A stretch of 63,992 nucleotides of DNA, filler included, from Licmophora abbreviata (Eukaryota), in NCBI GenBank assembly GCA_900291995.1. It is 7 parts of 7 records of this genome, joined end to end, with 100 filler letters (N's around TTAATTAATTAA, not from the genome) between each part and the next. Parts side by side here need not be neighbours in the genome. Positions count along the whole stretch, not along the records: positions 1 to 20,133 come from OLMU01003058.1; positions 20,234 to 24,609 come from OLMU01003062.1; 5 more parts are not named here. The stretch is one strand, 5' to 3'. Each line of letters opens with the position of its first letter. Positions within the stretch are counted from its first letter, which is position 1. The translations under genes and the position numbers were made by a program. Below the pieces are notes generated by a model that was not told where the DNA came from, did no database searches, and saw nothing but the letters and a program-made list of their open reading frames with translations. Positions 12,083 to 23,355 of the stretch are shown here, piece by piece.

Positions 12083-12781
12083 GCACCTGTGATCATCCTG
12101 TGGCAAGGAGGTTAAGTATGGTTTTATTGAGCAATGTGGTCAAAATGGCGTGATGAGTGATTGTCTAAAAAAGGCGAGCCGTCGCTTGTGGCAAGGAGAA
12201 GGCAAGGGGTGCATACCATTACTTCCGTATATATGTTATTTTTGTGTATGAGGAAGCTGTAGAAGAACAAGAACAGTTTTCCATGGTATGGATGAAATGA
12301 AGAGAGCAAGTCAAGTATCAACCGTCCGCGAAGGAACCCTCTGCATATCGTAGATTGTAATAGTCAAGTGATATTTACAAGATCAAGCAAAACAAGGTCC
12401 CAAGAAGCGAAGGAACCAAGCAATGTCTTACGTACGTTCATCTCAAGACCGAAGGAGGCCGAGCGTTTTTCGTAGCTGTATTTTGTTGTGTCTTAGACCT
12501 GATGCGGTCCTCAAGGACGCAATGAGGTATGGCATATGTCTGCTCCAATATCGTCACGCAAGGCCACAAGAAAAGGAAATCGACGAGTCATGTCCAGTCA
12601 GTCTACAAGTCTGTTGGTAGCGGTACTCTCGAATTTCTTCAAGATAGCATAGACCTAGATAAACTAGAAAAAATTTCCTGAATGAACTAACTTTAGGACG
12701 CATGAGTGCGGCAGATTGCTGAGAGATGAACGAGTAGCCTTTCAAGTAGGTGTAGTCAGCTGGTCACTTCATTTCGTCCGA

Positions 12782-14661
12782 CTACTGTTGTTGAGGTGGA
12801 AAGTACTGCGGCTGTCCGTACGGTGTCATGGGAGGAGGAACCCCAGGCATAATCATGTATTGTTGCTGTTGACCAGGTACCATCACCATGCCACCGGGAT
12901 AGGCCACTCCAGGTTGCGTCATGTAGGCCTGTTGGGACTGCATCATGGGCGGCGGATATTGCGAATACATTGGGGCCGATTGATACGCCACGGGCGGCGG
13001 TGGAGGAAGAGCCGCGGCAACTTGTTGTTGAGGAGCCGGGCTACTGGAGAGGCCCTGTGCAGGAGTGGATGCTGCAGAAAGCTCTATATCCTTTCGGAGT
13101 CGTTCTGACTGAGACTTCAGTGTGGTTGCATGAGGCGTTTCACCTATCCTCTGGCGAAGATAGAAAGCGGAATGGAGATACGAGCAGATTCGTTTGTGCA
13201 GATCCAAGGCGCTGGAGTCGACCGAGGGTCCGGCGAACCCAGGAACTTTCAAAGTAGTGAGTGCCTGCTGCTGAAAACAAACCATCTGTCACGGGGAAGG
13301 ACGAGCGAGGCAAATGGTACACTCTTCGTGTGAGTGAGGGTGAGCAGATGTGTCAACGCACGTCATTTCAAAATATGGACTTACACTACGAAAGTCCCAA
13401 GCTAGCGAAGAGAGGAGCTGCTGTCGGCGCTGGAAACAAGCCTGCTGGAACGAAGTTCGTTCGTTCTCATTCATCTGTTGGATCGCAGATGATGCCGCGC
13501 CAGCCACAGACAGTCGGGCCTCTAAATTGGTCTCCATAGTCTCCATCTCGGTAGTCTATCGATCGACGGAGAATCGGAAAAGCAGTGAGACAATGGGACA
13601 ACAATCTCATCAAAAGAAATAAGAATACTGCAAATTACCATGTTTGAATCTAAAGTCTCGATAGACTTCGCGGCTTCTTTCTCTTGAAGCGCAGTGAGCA
13701 TCCACAGTCCTCGGCAAACTTCCAGCAATACCGACCCCGATATATCTTGGTCATCTTTCTTGTTGAGTCGATCCAGCAATTCCATAGCTAGCTGGTCGCC
13801 CAGTAGACCACGCCCCGTCGGATCCGGCAGCTTAGGTGGTGATGGCGAAAAGAGCTGCTCAGGAAAAGATGGCGGAGCGTCGCCATCACGCATGTACCAC
13901 GCAGCCGAGATTTCCGGTGGCATCACCATTTCACCCTGCAGGAGACCAGTCGCCTCCATCTCTATCGCTTCGGCTGTCACAACGTGTGTCCGAGACGGCG
14001 TCGGTTCATCGATACGCTGTCGTTTCTCCGGTCGTTCAGCGGCATCTTCGGCGGTCTTTTCAAACAAAGTACCATTAGACAAGACAGATTCAGGCGCCGT
14101 CATCGCTGTGCTCTCAATCTCATTCTGGCTCTCTTGCTCAGCAGCTTGCTTGAGTTCCTTCATGGTCAAATTCGGATTCGACTGTACCCGTCGCATCATT
14201 TCGAGAAACTCTTGCCACAACAGGCGTCGATCCTGCTCATCCGTCACTGCCGCTGGCGCCTCCGTGGATCCCACCAGCGCCCGAAGATAGACCTTTTGGG
14301 CCGTCCGCAGCTTCCCCCGATCTTCCGCAAAGCGCGCATACTCCAACCACACCCTCCCCACAGACCCCGCAATCGGACACGTCACAGCTCCCTCGTAGAC
14401 CTCGGTCGCTGACTTGTACTGCTTGGCGACAATGTTCAGACCCGCATACATCAACCAAAGTGTCGCAATGGCCTCCCTCAATTGCTCCGCATCCATCCCC
14501 ACCACTCCCTCGCGCGCGTCATCCACCCAGTCCAACAATGCCGACGCATATACCATCTGAGCTCCTTCGACATCGTTGTTGCTTGCGTACTTGTCATCGG
14601 CGGCTTGTCGAATCACTTCGGGGTCGTACTTGGAAGAGAGTGATGGTGGTGGATCTTGCAT
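12782..14661 (-). CDS. Uncharacterised protein with N-terminal HAT/TPR-like repeats and a Pro/Gln/Met-rich C-terminus; exons 14661-13639, 13555-13385, 13285-12782
   Basis: LWLMYAGL...ATEVYEGAV, VWLEYARFAEDRG..TAQKVYLRAL and LLWQEFLEM resemble half-a-TPR repeats. Two phase-0 GT-AG introns join three ORFs. Confidence 0.75.
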
Positions 14662-15001
14662 TGTTTCTTTTTTGGCGTTTTAATGCTATAGTGGCTCAAA
14701 CCTGCTGTCTCTCCTCACCCCGCAGATAGGCTTGGAGCATTCGAAGCGTCGAGACAACAGAGGAAACGGTGGGGTGGCCGCAACTCGTCGCCGTTGTTGT
14801 GTGTCATAGATGGATGATGGTCGTGCTGTGTGTGTGGTCGCGCGGCGCGAGATATTGAGACAATCTGCGATACTATCAGACGGGAACCTCTTCAAACGAT
14901 TTCACAGACAAGCGGACTTATTGCTTCGTTTCCGTCATTGGTGGCAAAGTCCACACACAGTTTCTGTTTGGGAGGAGAGGTCCGCGACGACAGATAGCAC
15001 C

Positions 15002-16576
15002 ATGGCGTCGCAGCAGAAACCGCAGTTTGGCACTGTCCTTGTGGCAAGAAGCCCTTTGGATGCGCCTTCTGGTACGTCATATTCAAGGATGAAGCCGAGG
15101 AGGATCCGAACGAACGATGATTCCGACTCGCCGTGAGTGTTTTTGCGATCGCATATCTCTAATGACCTCACCCGACCGCTCGTCTCCTCTTTACTATGTC
15201 TATGCAAAGCACTCGAACTACAGATGCGTCACTACAGTACACGCCTTCGCGTAGTCGGACGTCTCTCGGGAGGAGCTCACCTCTTGCTTCCTGGCTCGGA
15301 ACGAACTATTGCCGTGCGTGCCTACTATGACACCACGACACTTTCACGGAACAGCAACAGGGAGACGACTACGGAATCCACCGAGGATCAGAGCCGTCGA
15401 CTTGCCTCGTGGCACGATCCGTCCATCCGCGACAACTGGGATGACCTTGTGGCCTTTCGCAAGGCCTTCAAGTATCCGATTGTCTTTTTTGTCGCCTCCG
15501 GTCCTCAGCAAGCACAGCAGCTGACCGATCCCGACTCCTGTTTGCGTCGCGCTCAGCGCATCATGAACCATCATCATCGGGATGAAACGACAACCAAATC
15601 TTCACCACGTGTCTTTGTCGTTCCTGACGTGGCATCCGCCATTCAGATCGTGTCGTCTTTCCTCGACGCCCTCCAGCCGCGGAGACAAGACATGAAACGC
15701 AAGTATTACGCTCAAATCGCTTCGAGACTCTTTCTCCCCTCGAGCAATCACGCTGACACAGCATCGTCGCATGTGGGGGATGTCTTGCGGGAGTGGGCGA
15801 CGCGTATGAACTTGCCCGAGGGAGAAGCCGATGTGTTGATGAGTCTGTTGAAGACATTGTCGAATATTGCGTCGGTGGATGCGAATGTCTTGGACAGTGT
15901 TCCTGTGGAAGATGCAACCAAGGAGCTGCTACAGTCATTCTTTGGGTCAGTGATGCCCACTACTGCTACTACTAGTGCTGTGGGCGTCACTGAAAGGAAT
16001 CATGAAGGTACTCTTTCGACTTCAGATACTACAATGGTGGAGCATGGTGCTTCTTTCAACGCGACTTCATCCCTCCAGGAAATGATGAGTTCACCGACAC
16101 CTCCGCCCATGACTCAGTACCAGCCTTATCCATCCATGACGATGCGCCATCCCACGACTCATCCTTCTAGCTTCTTGCATCTACCACCGAATCACCCATA
16201 CGATGCTGCACCGTTGATGTCTCAGTCGGACTACTTCCCGTCGATCCCGAATGCCGACTACCACCCATGGGCGGGGGGTGTCATGGCGACGCCTCAACTC
16301 TTGGCTCAAGCGCAGTACATGCCTCGCGATCATCCATCCATCGGTGGACACCCATCAGACTCCGATATGTCTGGTGGACTGCATCACTACTCGCTGCAGC
16401 AGCAACAACAACGATACGCTCCTCATGATGCATCCATGATGATGCCTCCGCCGTCCTCGCGTGCCGGAGACGTGCAGCAGCGGCGCGCTCCAATGGGGAA
16501 TCCCATCCGACCTGCATCTCCATCATCATTCACCCCGCAAGCAGCCGGTAATTCCATGTACGATCATTTCAACTAA
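15002..16576 (+). CDS. ERCC4-like (inactive) plus helix-hairpin-helix protein resembling PTD/SPO16/FAAP24, with a low-complexity tail; exons 15002-15071, 15210-16576
   Basis: Phase-1 intron G|GTACGT...AAG joins MASQQKPQFGTVLVARSPL to ALELQMRH. Core WDDLVAFRKAFKYPIVFFV...RVFVVPDVASAIQIV, then EADVLMSLLKTLSNIASVDANVL...TKELLQSFF. The gene itself is well supported; the family call is by eye. Confidence 0.6.
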
Positions 16577-16745
16577 TAGTAGGGGACGTCGTAGCTAGAG
16601 CGTTGCACATTTGCGCGCAAGCGAGACTGCATGCGATCCGGAACAATAACGTGTGAAAATTCGCACTTTTATATATAGTCGTCGTCATGTACACACCATG
16701 CCTCTTCTTTGTCTGCCTTTTATGTAACCTCTCGTATGCATCATC

Positions 16746-17511
16746 TTACAGCTCCTCTTCGTCTTCACTCTTCCCCATAATCATTGGCAGCTTTCGCATG
16801 ATAACCTTAATGATGTATATCACTCCAATAATATACCACGGTTTGGACATAAAAATGTGCAACAGCTGCATAAGAAAACTCGGGCGCTCCTGCAGCGACG
16901 CCGCTTGATCCAACGGCACAGGCTTCGTCTCCTTCCACGCCCTAATCATTTCCCCTGCCTTTTCTTTGTTTGCGCCACTCTGTGTCACTTCAGCACGCGC
17001 GTTGTCTGTGACAAAGTGGCCCGTCTTGGCGTCCAATACAATGAGCGACGGGATTCCTGAAATGTTCAAGGCTATGGCCAGGTTGTTTTTCAATTGAGCT
17101 GAGCCTTCGGCGGGGATGGCGAGGAAGGGCATCTTTCCATAGTAGGCTGTGAACGACTCCAAATCTTTGTCGGATGAGACGTAGATAATCTCGAGCTTGT
17201 TTTGCTTCGCGTGCGCCTTGTAAAAGTCAATCAACATTGGAGAAAAGGTGCGGCAGGGCTGAAGATCAAAACAACAGAAGGATAGACAGATCGTGATACC
17301 ATGTGAGAACATACACTACGACAAGAAGGGACGATCAGCATTGTCGTTCGTCCATCAGCAATGCACTTACAGGACACCAGCTCGCCGAGAAGTACAGCAT
17401 CACCTGGTCGACACCCTTCAAGAGCTCCTTTGTGGACTTTTTGGTGCCAATTTTGGTCAGCAGAGAACTGCCCACCAATTCTTCCATCGGGGTCATTTTC
17501 TTCTCACTCAT
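16746..17511 (-). CDS. Nucleoredoxin/tryparedoxin-like thioredoxin with C-terminal membrane anchor; exons 17511-17371, 17258-16746
   Basis: LYFSASWCP|PCRTFSP gives a WCPPC active site split by the intron. LEIIYVSSD, GIPSLIVLD. Hydrophobic C-terminus ending EDEEEL. Confidence 0.88.
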
Positions 17512-17951
17512 GATGCGTTTCAAACAAAGACCAACGCAGGAAAACGAAAGCAAAGAGCGAAAGGTGCAATCGCAACGACGACGCTGTGGTTGGTAGCTGC
17601 TGCTTGGTCGTGTATCGTGTGGTAGGGTTGTGGTTCTAGGGTTATGGGCTAGGAAATGTGGTGATGCGTTCGCGGTGGCCGCTGTTATGCGCGATGTTGC
17701 TGTGACGTCGGCCGCGAGCTCTGCTCTGATGCCTGCTAACTTCCCAGTCCAAAATCTCGGAACACAGCCGTCTTCATACTTTAAGGTACCGGACAAACCA
17801 TGAATGATAAGCGTCCTGCAATCAATATACTTGGGGTAGACATAGGCTGAAACTTCGAAAAAAGTACTTGGCCTTTAGCGAGTAGGAGTCATGAACCTCG
17901 GCTACGATGAGGTCGTTTCGCATATCCGATTTCTCAAGTTTGTCTCCGCAC

Positions 17952-19953
17952 TCAGCAAATCTCACAAGTAGCTTGGCAGACTTGGGCAACTTCCGGATCA
18001 CCACAGAGTCGACCGATCCAGTAGTTCCGAGATGCCAACCAAGCACACGTCTGGTACCCATTGTTGTTGTTGATAAAGACTTCGACGTCCGGCGAGTCCT
18101 CGCACCCGCCACCAGTCTTGCTGACAGCGTTAATGAGGTTGTAATTGCGGCCCTCCCAGTAGTCGCAGCTGTCACACGTTGCTTGGCACAGGTAACTCAC
18201 GTCCTTCTCCTTACCACACTGATTATTCTTGAAGTTGATGCTCTTTGCTGCCACCCAGGCACAGTCCTTGTAGCCGTTGCCGTTGTTAATCCAAACCTCG
18301 TAACTGTTGTCATTCTCGCAAGTGCCTCCACCACCACCACCACCACCATCCTTGCTGACTGCGTTAATGAGGTTATGGTTCCGGCCTTCCCAGAAGTCGC
18401 AGCTGTCGCACGTTGCTTGGCACAGATAGCTGACGTCCTTCTCCTTGCCACACTGATTATTCTTGAAGTTGACGCTCTTCGTTGCCAACCAGGCGCAGTC
18501 CTTATAGCCGTTGCCATTGTTAATCCAAACGTCGTAACTGTTGTCATTCTCGCAAGTGCCTCCAGCGCCACCATCCTTGCTGACAGCGTTAATGAGGTTG
18601 TAATTTCGGCCCTCCCAGTAGTCGCAGCTGTCGCACGTTTCTTGGCACAGGTAGCTCACGTCCTTCTCCTTACCACACTGATTATTCTTGAAGTTGATGC
18701 TCTTCGTTGCCACCCAGGCACAGTCCTTGTAGCCGTTGCTATTGTTAATCCAAATGTTGTAACTACTGTCATCCTGGCAGGTACCACCTCCGCTGTCACA
18801 GCTGGTGGGACGCTGAGAAGTAAGCTTACAAATTTGCGTGTCGATCCAGTCAGCGAAGGCACTGACGCGAGTAAAGCCCTGTGGATTCTCGACTGCAAAT
18901 GAAAACGTTGGCAAACGTGCGGGTCAATCGGAAGCGCGATCTATCTGTCGTCTGACAACCATTGTGGCGTCGCCTGTAAACACTCGCCGAATGCGCATTC
19001 ATTCCCCCAGGCGGTGATACCAACTTGAACGTGATTGCCATTGACAATCTTAATGAGAGGACCCCCTGAATCACCGTCGCAAATTCCCTTTCTAATGCGC
19101 GCAGCGCACAATTCAATCTGAGGGTCGAAACATCCTTCGCCAGAGTAGTAGTTACCGCATTCGAAATTCGACACGTAATCTAGAGTGACCTTTTGGAGCG
19201 TCGAAGGATACGCAGTAAAGTCGTCACTGAGTCCCCCAAAGCCAATGGCGACGAGGTCTTCTCCTGGGGCTGGAATATTGGCGACGCGATTCAATTCTAT
19301 GGGAGCAATAGAGGTGACAAACGTATCGATCTTCATGACCATGATATCGTACTGGAAATCGTCCACCCATAGTTCATGGATAGCGTAGTCAATTATTCTG
19401 GCATTTATGCTTTTGGGGCCACCAAACGTCGCAATATCGTAAGGGTCTGTCCCCTCATACGATCCAATTACAACCCTCTTGTTGAAGAAGGTATCGCCAC
19501 AATGGGCTGCGGAAAGCAGAATGTCTCCATAGATGAGAGAGGCGCCACAGTTGTTGTTGTCCCAGCTGTGTCATCACATGGAAGTGCAAAATGCAATTTT
19601 GAGAGGGCGAAGTCAAGGTTATATTGAATTGCAAGAGTGGCTGTGAACGGATCTTACGTGGTAAAGTAAGGAAACTCATTGGGTCCTGCGTCGCTGCCAC
19701 CCGCAATGCGATTCTCCTTCTCGGGCAAAAGCTTCACTGCAGCAGTCGAATTGTCGACGGTTTCGTCAAAGAGACCGTATCCGCCGAGTTCTCCGTCAAG
19801 TAATTCATTGGCACGTCGACGCTGCGCGGACGCATCCACGTGGCGAACACTCTGTCTGCTAATGTCTGTTCTGCCCTCAAGTCGGGCCAGGACGGATGCC
19901 GTACCAAGGATGAAAGCCAGCGCTGCTGTGGTTCGTTTCGAAAAGAGGGCCAT
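17952..19953 (-). CDS. Secreted S1 (trypsin-fold) serine protease with four C-terminal six-Cys (ShK-like) modules; exons 19953-19658, 19565-18988, 18892-17952
   Basis: Signal peptide MALFSKRTTAALAFILGTASVLA, activation site ENR|IAGG, CGASLI..LLSAAHC, YDIMVMKI, GICDGDSGGP, QVGITAWG, GFTRVS. Confidence 0.9.
17955..18779 (-). repeat. Coding tandem repeat: three near-identical units (225, 234, 216 bp) plus one diverged 150-bp unit
   Basis: Units begin at 18779, 18554, 18320 and 18104. Consensus CxxDxSYxxWINNxNGYKDCAWxAxKSxNFKNNQCGKEKDVSYLCQxTCDSCDxWEGRNxNLINAVSK, with poly-Gly linkers of variable length. Confidence 0.92.
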
Positions 19954-20133
19954 GATGATATTGGGTTTGTCGAAATGCAATAATCAGGTCAGACCAACTA
20001 AAACAAAAACAGTGAACTTACAGGGCAGCGTATGATGCTTTCTTCAGCGGCGGGAGAACAAAGTCATCTTCAATCTGGTGCGGCCTCCATCTGCCATCAT
20101 CGTTTGAAAAACTACGACTAGTTTTTTCACGCG

Positions 20134-20233
20134 NNNNNNNNNNNNNNNNNNNNNNNNNNNNNNNNNNNNNNNNNNNNTTAATTAATTAANNNNNNNNNNN
20201 NNNNNNNNNNNNNNNNNNNNNNNNNNNNNNNNN
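20134..20233. other. Artificial contig spacer
   Basis: 44 N + TTAATTAATTAA (stops in all six frames) + 44 N. Confidence 0.97.
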
Positions 20234-20379
20234 CGGCTGGTCTGATACATTGGTGCGAACAGCCTTGTACCTCTACATCGTACATATTTCTACCATCTCA
20301 TCTTACCTAGTAGTAACATAAAGTTGGAATTTAGTTTCAAAATCTTTTTGCGGATACTATTTTATTTCTAGAGGCACTC

Positions 20380-21707
20380 TTAGTAAGATCGCACAGGGAC
20401 GAACGAGCAATGGTGACAAGGCGGAGTTCCTTCCGCGCCATTGCAAGAACAAGTACCTTCCGCAATTCCGTTGTTGTGTCGAACCAAATCGCAAAAGAGC
20501 TGTTCCTCAGGTGCCTGGCCCAGTGGCATGCTTCGTCCCCCATACTCGGGAGGAATGTTCTCAATGTCAATTTTCTCCGAAAGCGCCCGAAAGATTTCCT
20601 TCTCACCACGAAGGATGAAGATCTTTTTCAGCGTTACTTCATCCACCATGGGCTTGACAACATTCCAAATGACTGTTGCAGATATATGAGGCGGGCAGCG
20701 GTGTCAGATAAAAGATTGAAACGTTGACGCATCTCATACCCTTCAGGCTGATACTCACGCTTAAACCACGACGGGACGTTAACAACAAATATGTACCCAC
20801 AGCGTTCAGGATAGTGCTGTCCGGTAAAGCTGGACGTCTTGCGAACGAAGTCCACGCACTCGCCCACAAAGTCAGTGATTCGGATCCCCGCCAAGTCAAT
20901 GACATAAATGCTCTTTCCAAAGTCGTCGGGGTCGACATACTGCCACATAAACTCTGTCACATAGGCATAGTGGCGAAGAAGGCCCTCCAAGCCGACTCCA
21001 CCATTCCGGAGAGCCTTTAAATTCGTCTTGGGCGGTTGCTCGTAGTAACAGTACTCGCCATTTTTACCACTCAAATGAAAGAAATGGGGGTAGTGGCGCT
21101 TAATAAGCTCAAAGTTCGGTGACGGCTCCTTCAATATCGTGTCCATGTTGTTCTCCTTGCGCCACTGCAGCGTCTGCTCGTATCGCTGACGACCCAGCAC
21201 GGGATCACCCTTGCCGGCACGAATGAAGCGCACCGGGGTTTCCTTTGGAGGCGGCGGTGGCAACAGTGGTACAGGAGAAGAGCTCTGTTGCTTGTTCTCG
21301 ACGGATCTCCGCACAATGGAGTGCGTGAGAGACTGCACCACGAGACTCTCCGCTCCACCACGAATAAGTTCAATCGAGGATGACGAGCGCGAGAAGGCAA
21401 TGTGCAGACCTTCATCGCAGTCACTGGAATGGTCCGACAAGTCATCATGAAACTCAACAGCATCGAAAAACTCGTCCTCGCCGTGATGAACGGACTGAAT
21501 CTCTTCGACGTCAGCGATTCGTATGCTTGGCAGAGAAAGCCGCCGTTCGCCCTTGACCGGAGTCTGAGCAACATTGCCACTAGTAGTTTCCTCGTCGTCT
21601 TTGTAGAGCGGCTCAAATGCCAAGGCGGCACACAGCGCTCGCGCTAGGTGATGTGGCATCCCAGAGGCCGCAGCATTGCCCCCGTTGGAGGGCGACATGG
21701 TCATCAT
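20380..21707 (-). CDS. CRAL-TRIO/Sec14-like lipid-binding protein; exons 21707-20759, 20672-20380
   Basis: RFIRA...LQWRKEN, IYVIDLAGI, QHYPERCGYIFVVNVPSWFK|LIWNVVKPMVDEVTLKKI, ENIPPEYGG. FFAT-like EDEFFDAVE near the N-terminus. Confidence 0.9.
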
Positions 21708-22261
21708 CGCGGGATGGTATCGCTGGACGGTCAGGTTTTTTGGACTGATCGATGCCAATGACGGGCAAGTCCAAGACTCTTCTCACACCTCTTTGACACA
21801 CCAAGGAAGAGATAGAGATCACACGCGAAGGATAGAACTGTGGTGAGGGACAGGAGCAGTCGCCGTCACTTCGCCATACATTTGCCGCACGGCGAAAAAG
21901 TGCGACGATGAGAATTGAATTGTCGAAATGGCGGTCCGCGCCAGCAAGGTCGTGCGTGCGTGGCCAGCACGCTCGCTCAACGCATGGCGTCCGAAAAAAT
22001 AGGGCACCCGGATTCATGACTCGACTCAATTCGAGGGCAAGGCGTGCAAAAATGAACAGAAGCGAGACGCGATACAAGGTAAGGTATAATAGACAATAGC
22101 TTAGCTAACTATTGGGAAACTACACTGGGGAATAATGGTGATGAATGTTGCCTCGCACGAACAGATAGTTCTAGTTTTCCCTTGCCGATTGATTCGATGT
22201 GTTTAGCTTGGTGGTTCTCTCGGCGTGATGGTAGTTCCTCCTAGGGCTTTTTCTTTGTCCT

Positions 22262-23047
22262 CTAGATGTCTTTCGGACGAGCAGGCGTAGTACTTCTCAA
22301 CCGATGTTTGAGGGGCGGGGTCGTCATTTCCTCCTTCATCACTTCCAGTTTGTCATCCGACGACGACTTGGAAATGCGTTCAGTAATCTCATCCAGTCGA
22401 CGAAAGATTTCTCGGAACGGATCCTTCGACAACTTATCCAGGATCTTGTAGAGCGCCATAAGACCTATCGCCTGCCCAAAACGCTTTGAGCCTGCCCAAT
22501 GGAGCAAGTCAAGCATATCCACGTCCCCGTCCTTGTCGCTGTCCAGGCCAAGGTACGTTCCGAGTGCCTGGGCAACCTGAGAAGTGAGGAAGAACCAGAC
22601 CCAAAGAGCGGCTACCGAGTAGAGTGGGTACATTGCAAAGCCAACAATCGCTCCACCAAGGAATCCCAAGAAAATGAGAATCATCGCTGGACCGACATAA
22701 AACGTCAACAGTGTAAAGAGTAGCATGCGGTCGCGTGGCAACAACAAGAATCCGATCCAGACAAATGTTCCATAGAGCACGTTGCACAGCGTCGATAGCA
22801 AGGCGATCGTATTCTTTTCATTAGGAAGCGTGCCGATACTCATGTAAATATAAAACTTGTACTTGGGCGTGTTGACGGCATCGTACATTTGCTTCCCGAT
22901 CATCTCGACGAGTGGGTGCACGTCTGGAATTCCGAGGACCTCCTGCACTACATCTTCCTCCTCCCTTTTCTTTCGCGCCCAAGCAAGCCCCAAACTACTC
23001 AGTAGCAAGAGAACTACAAACAAATACCGCTGGCTTGGATAAGGCAT
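22262..23047 (-). CDS. Uncharacterised multi-pass membrane protein with signal peptide and one EF-hand-like loop
   Basis: Single-exon 261-aa ORF. Signal peptide, 3-4 hydrophobic helices, DSDKDGDVDMLD loop. Confidence 0.78.
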   Translation of the reverse strand: MPYPSQRYLFVVLLLLSSLGLAWARKKREEEDVVQEVLGIPDVHPLVEMIGKQMYDAVNTPKYKFYIYMSIGTLPNEKNTIALLSTLCNVLYGTFVWIGFLLLPRDRMLLFTLLTFYVGPAMILIFLGFLGGAIVGFAMYPLYSVAALWVWFFLTSQVAQALGTYLGLDSDKDGDVDMLDLLHWAGSKRFGQAIGLMALYKILDKLSKDPFREIFRRLDEITERISKSSSDDKLEVMKEEMTTPPLKHRLRSTTPARPKDI

Positions 23048-23355
23048 GATCGGCGAACAAAATTAGCGCTGCTCTTGACCTTGATGAACTTGCTGTTCTG
23101 GTTGCGGCCGGCTTGACACCATCATCACCATCATGGAGGCCATCAGGCGACATCATCATCATGCACGAGAAAGATCATCTCTTCAAAGCCGGCGCGCGCG
23201 GCGAGCTGACGACACATCAGTTTCGAGTCTAGAGTCGCGTCCCGGCTCACACAACATTCGAAAGTGCCAGACGAGAGTGTTTCAGCAATAGGCATCCGGC
23301 CACTCGAGTTCAATCGCAATAAACAAAGCAGAAAGGAAGAAATAAATAGACTAAG

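Noticed and set aside
12099..12198. 12-bp direct repeat TGTGGCAAGGAG (12099, 12187) downstream of the SR gene
   Set aside because: Two short copies in a probable 3' UTR, with no other element hallmarks.
18104..18779. Regularly spaced DNA repeats as a possible CRISPR array
   Set aside because: The units are 216-234 bp, contiguous and protein-coding, with no unique spacers and no cas genes, in a eukaryotic genome.
17907..18902. 331-aa plus-strand ORF with hydrophobic repeats
   Set aside because: It is the antisense shadow of the protease repeat exon; the minus frame has the conserved Cys pattern and splices to the catalytic domain.
20178..20189. Recurrent TTAATTAATTAA palindrome as a transposon target or regulatory site
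   Set aside because: It always sits in the centre of fixed-length N runs, so it is an assembly linker.
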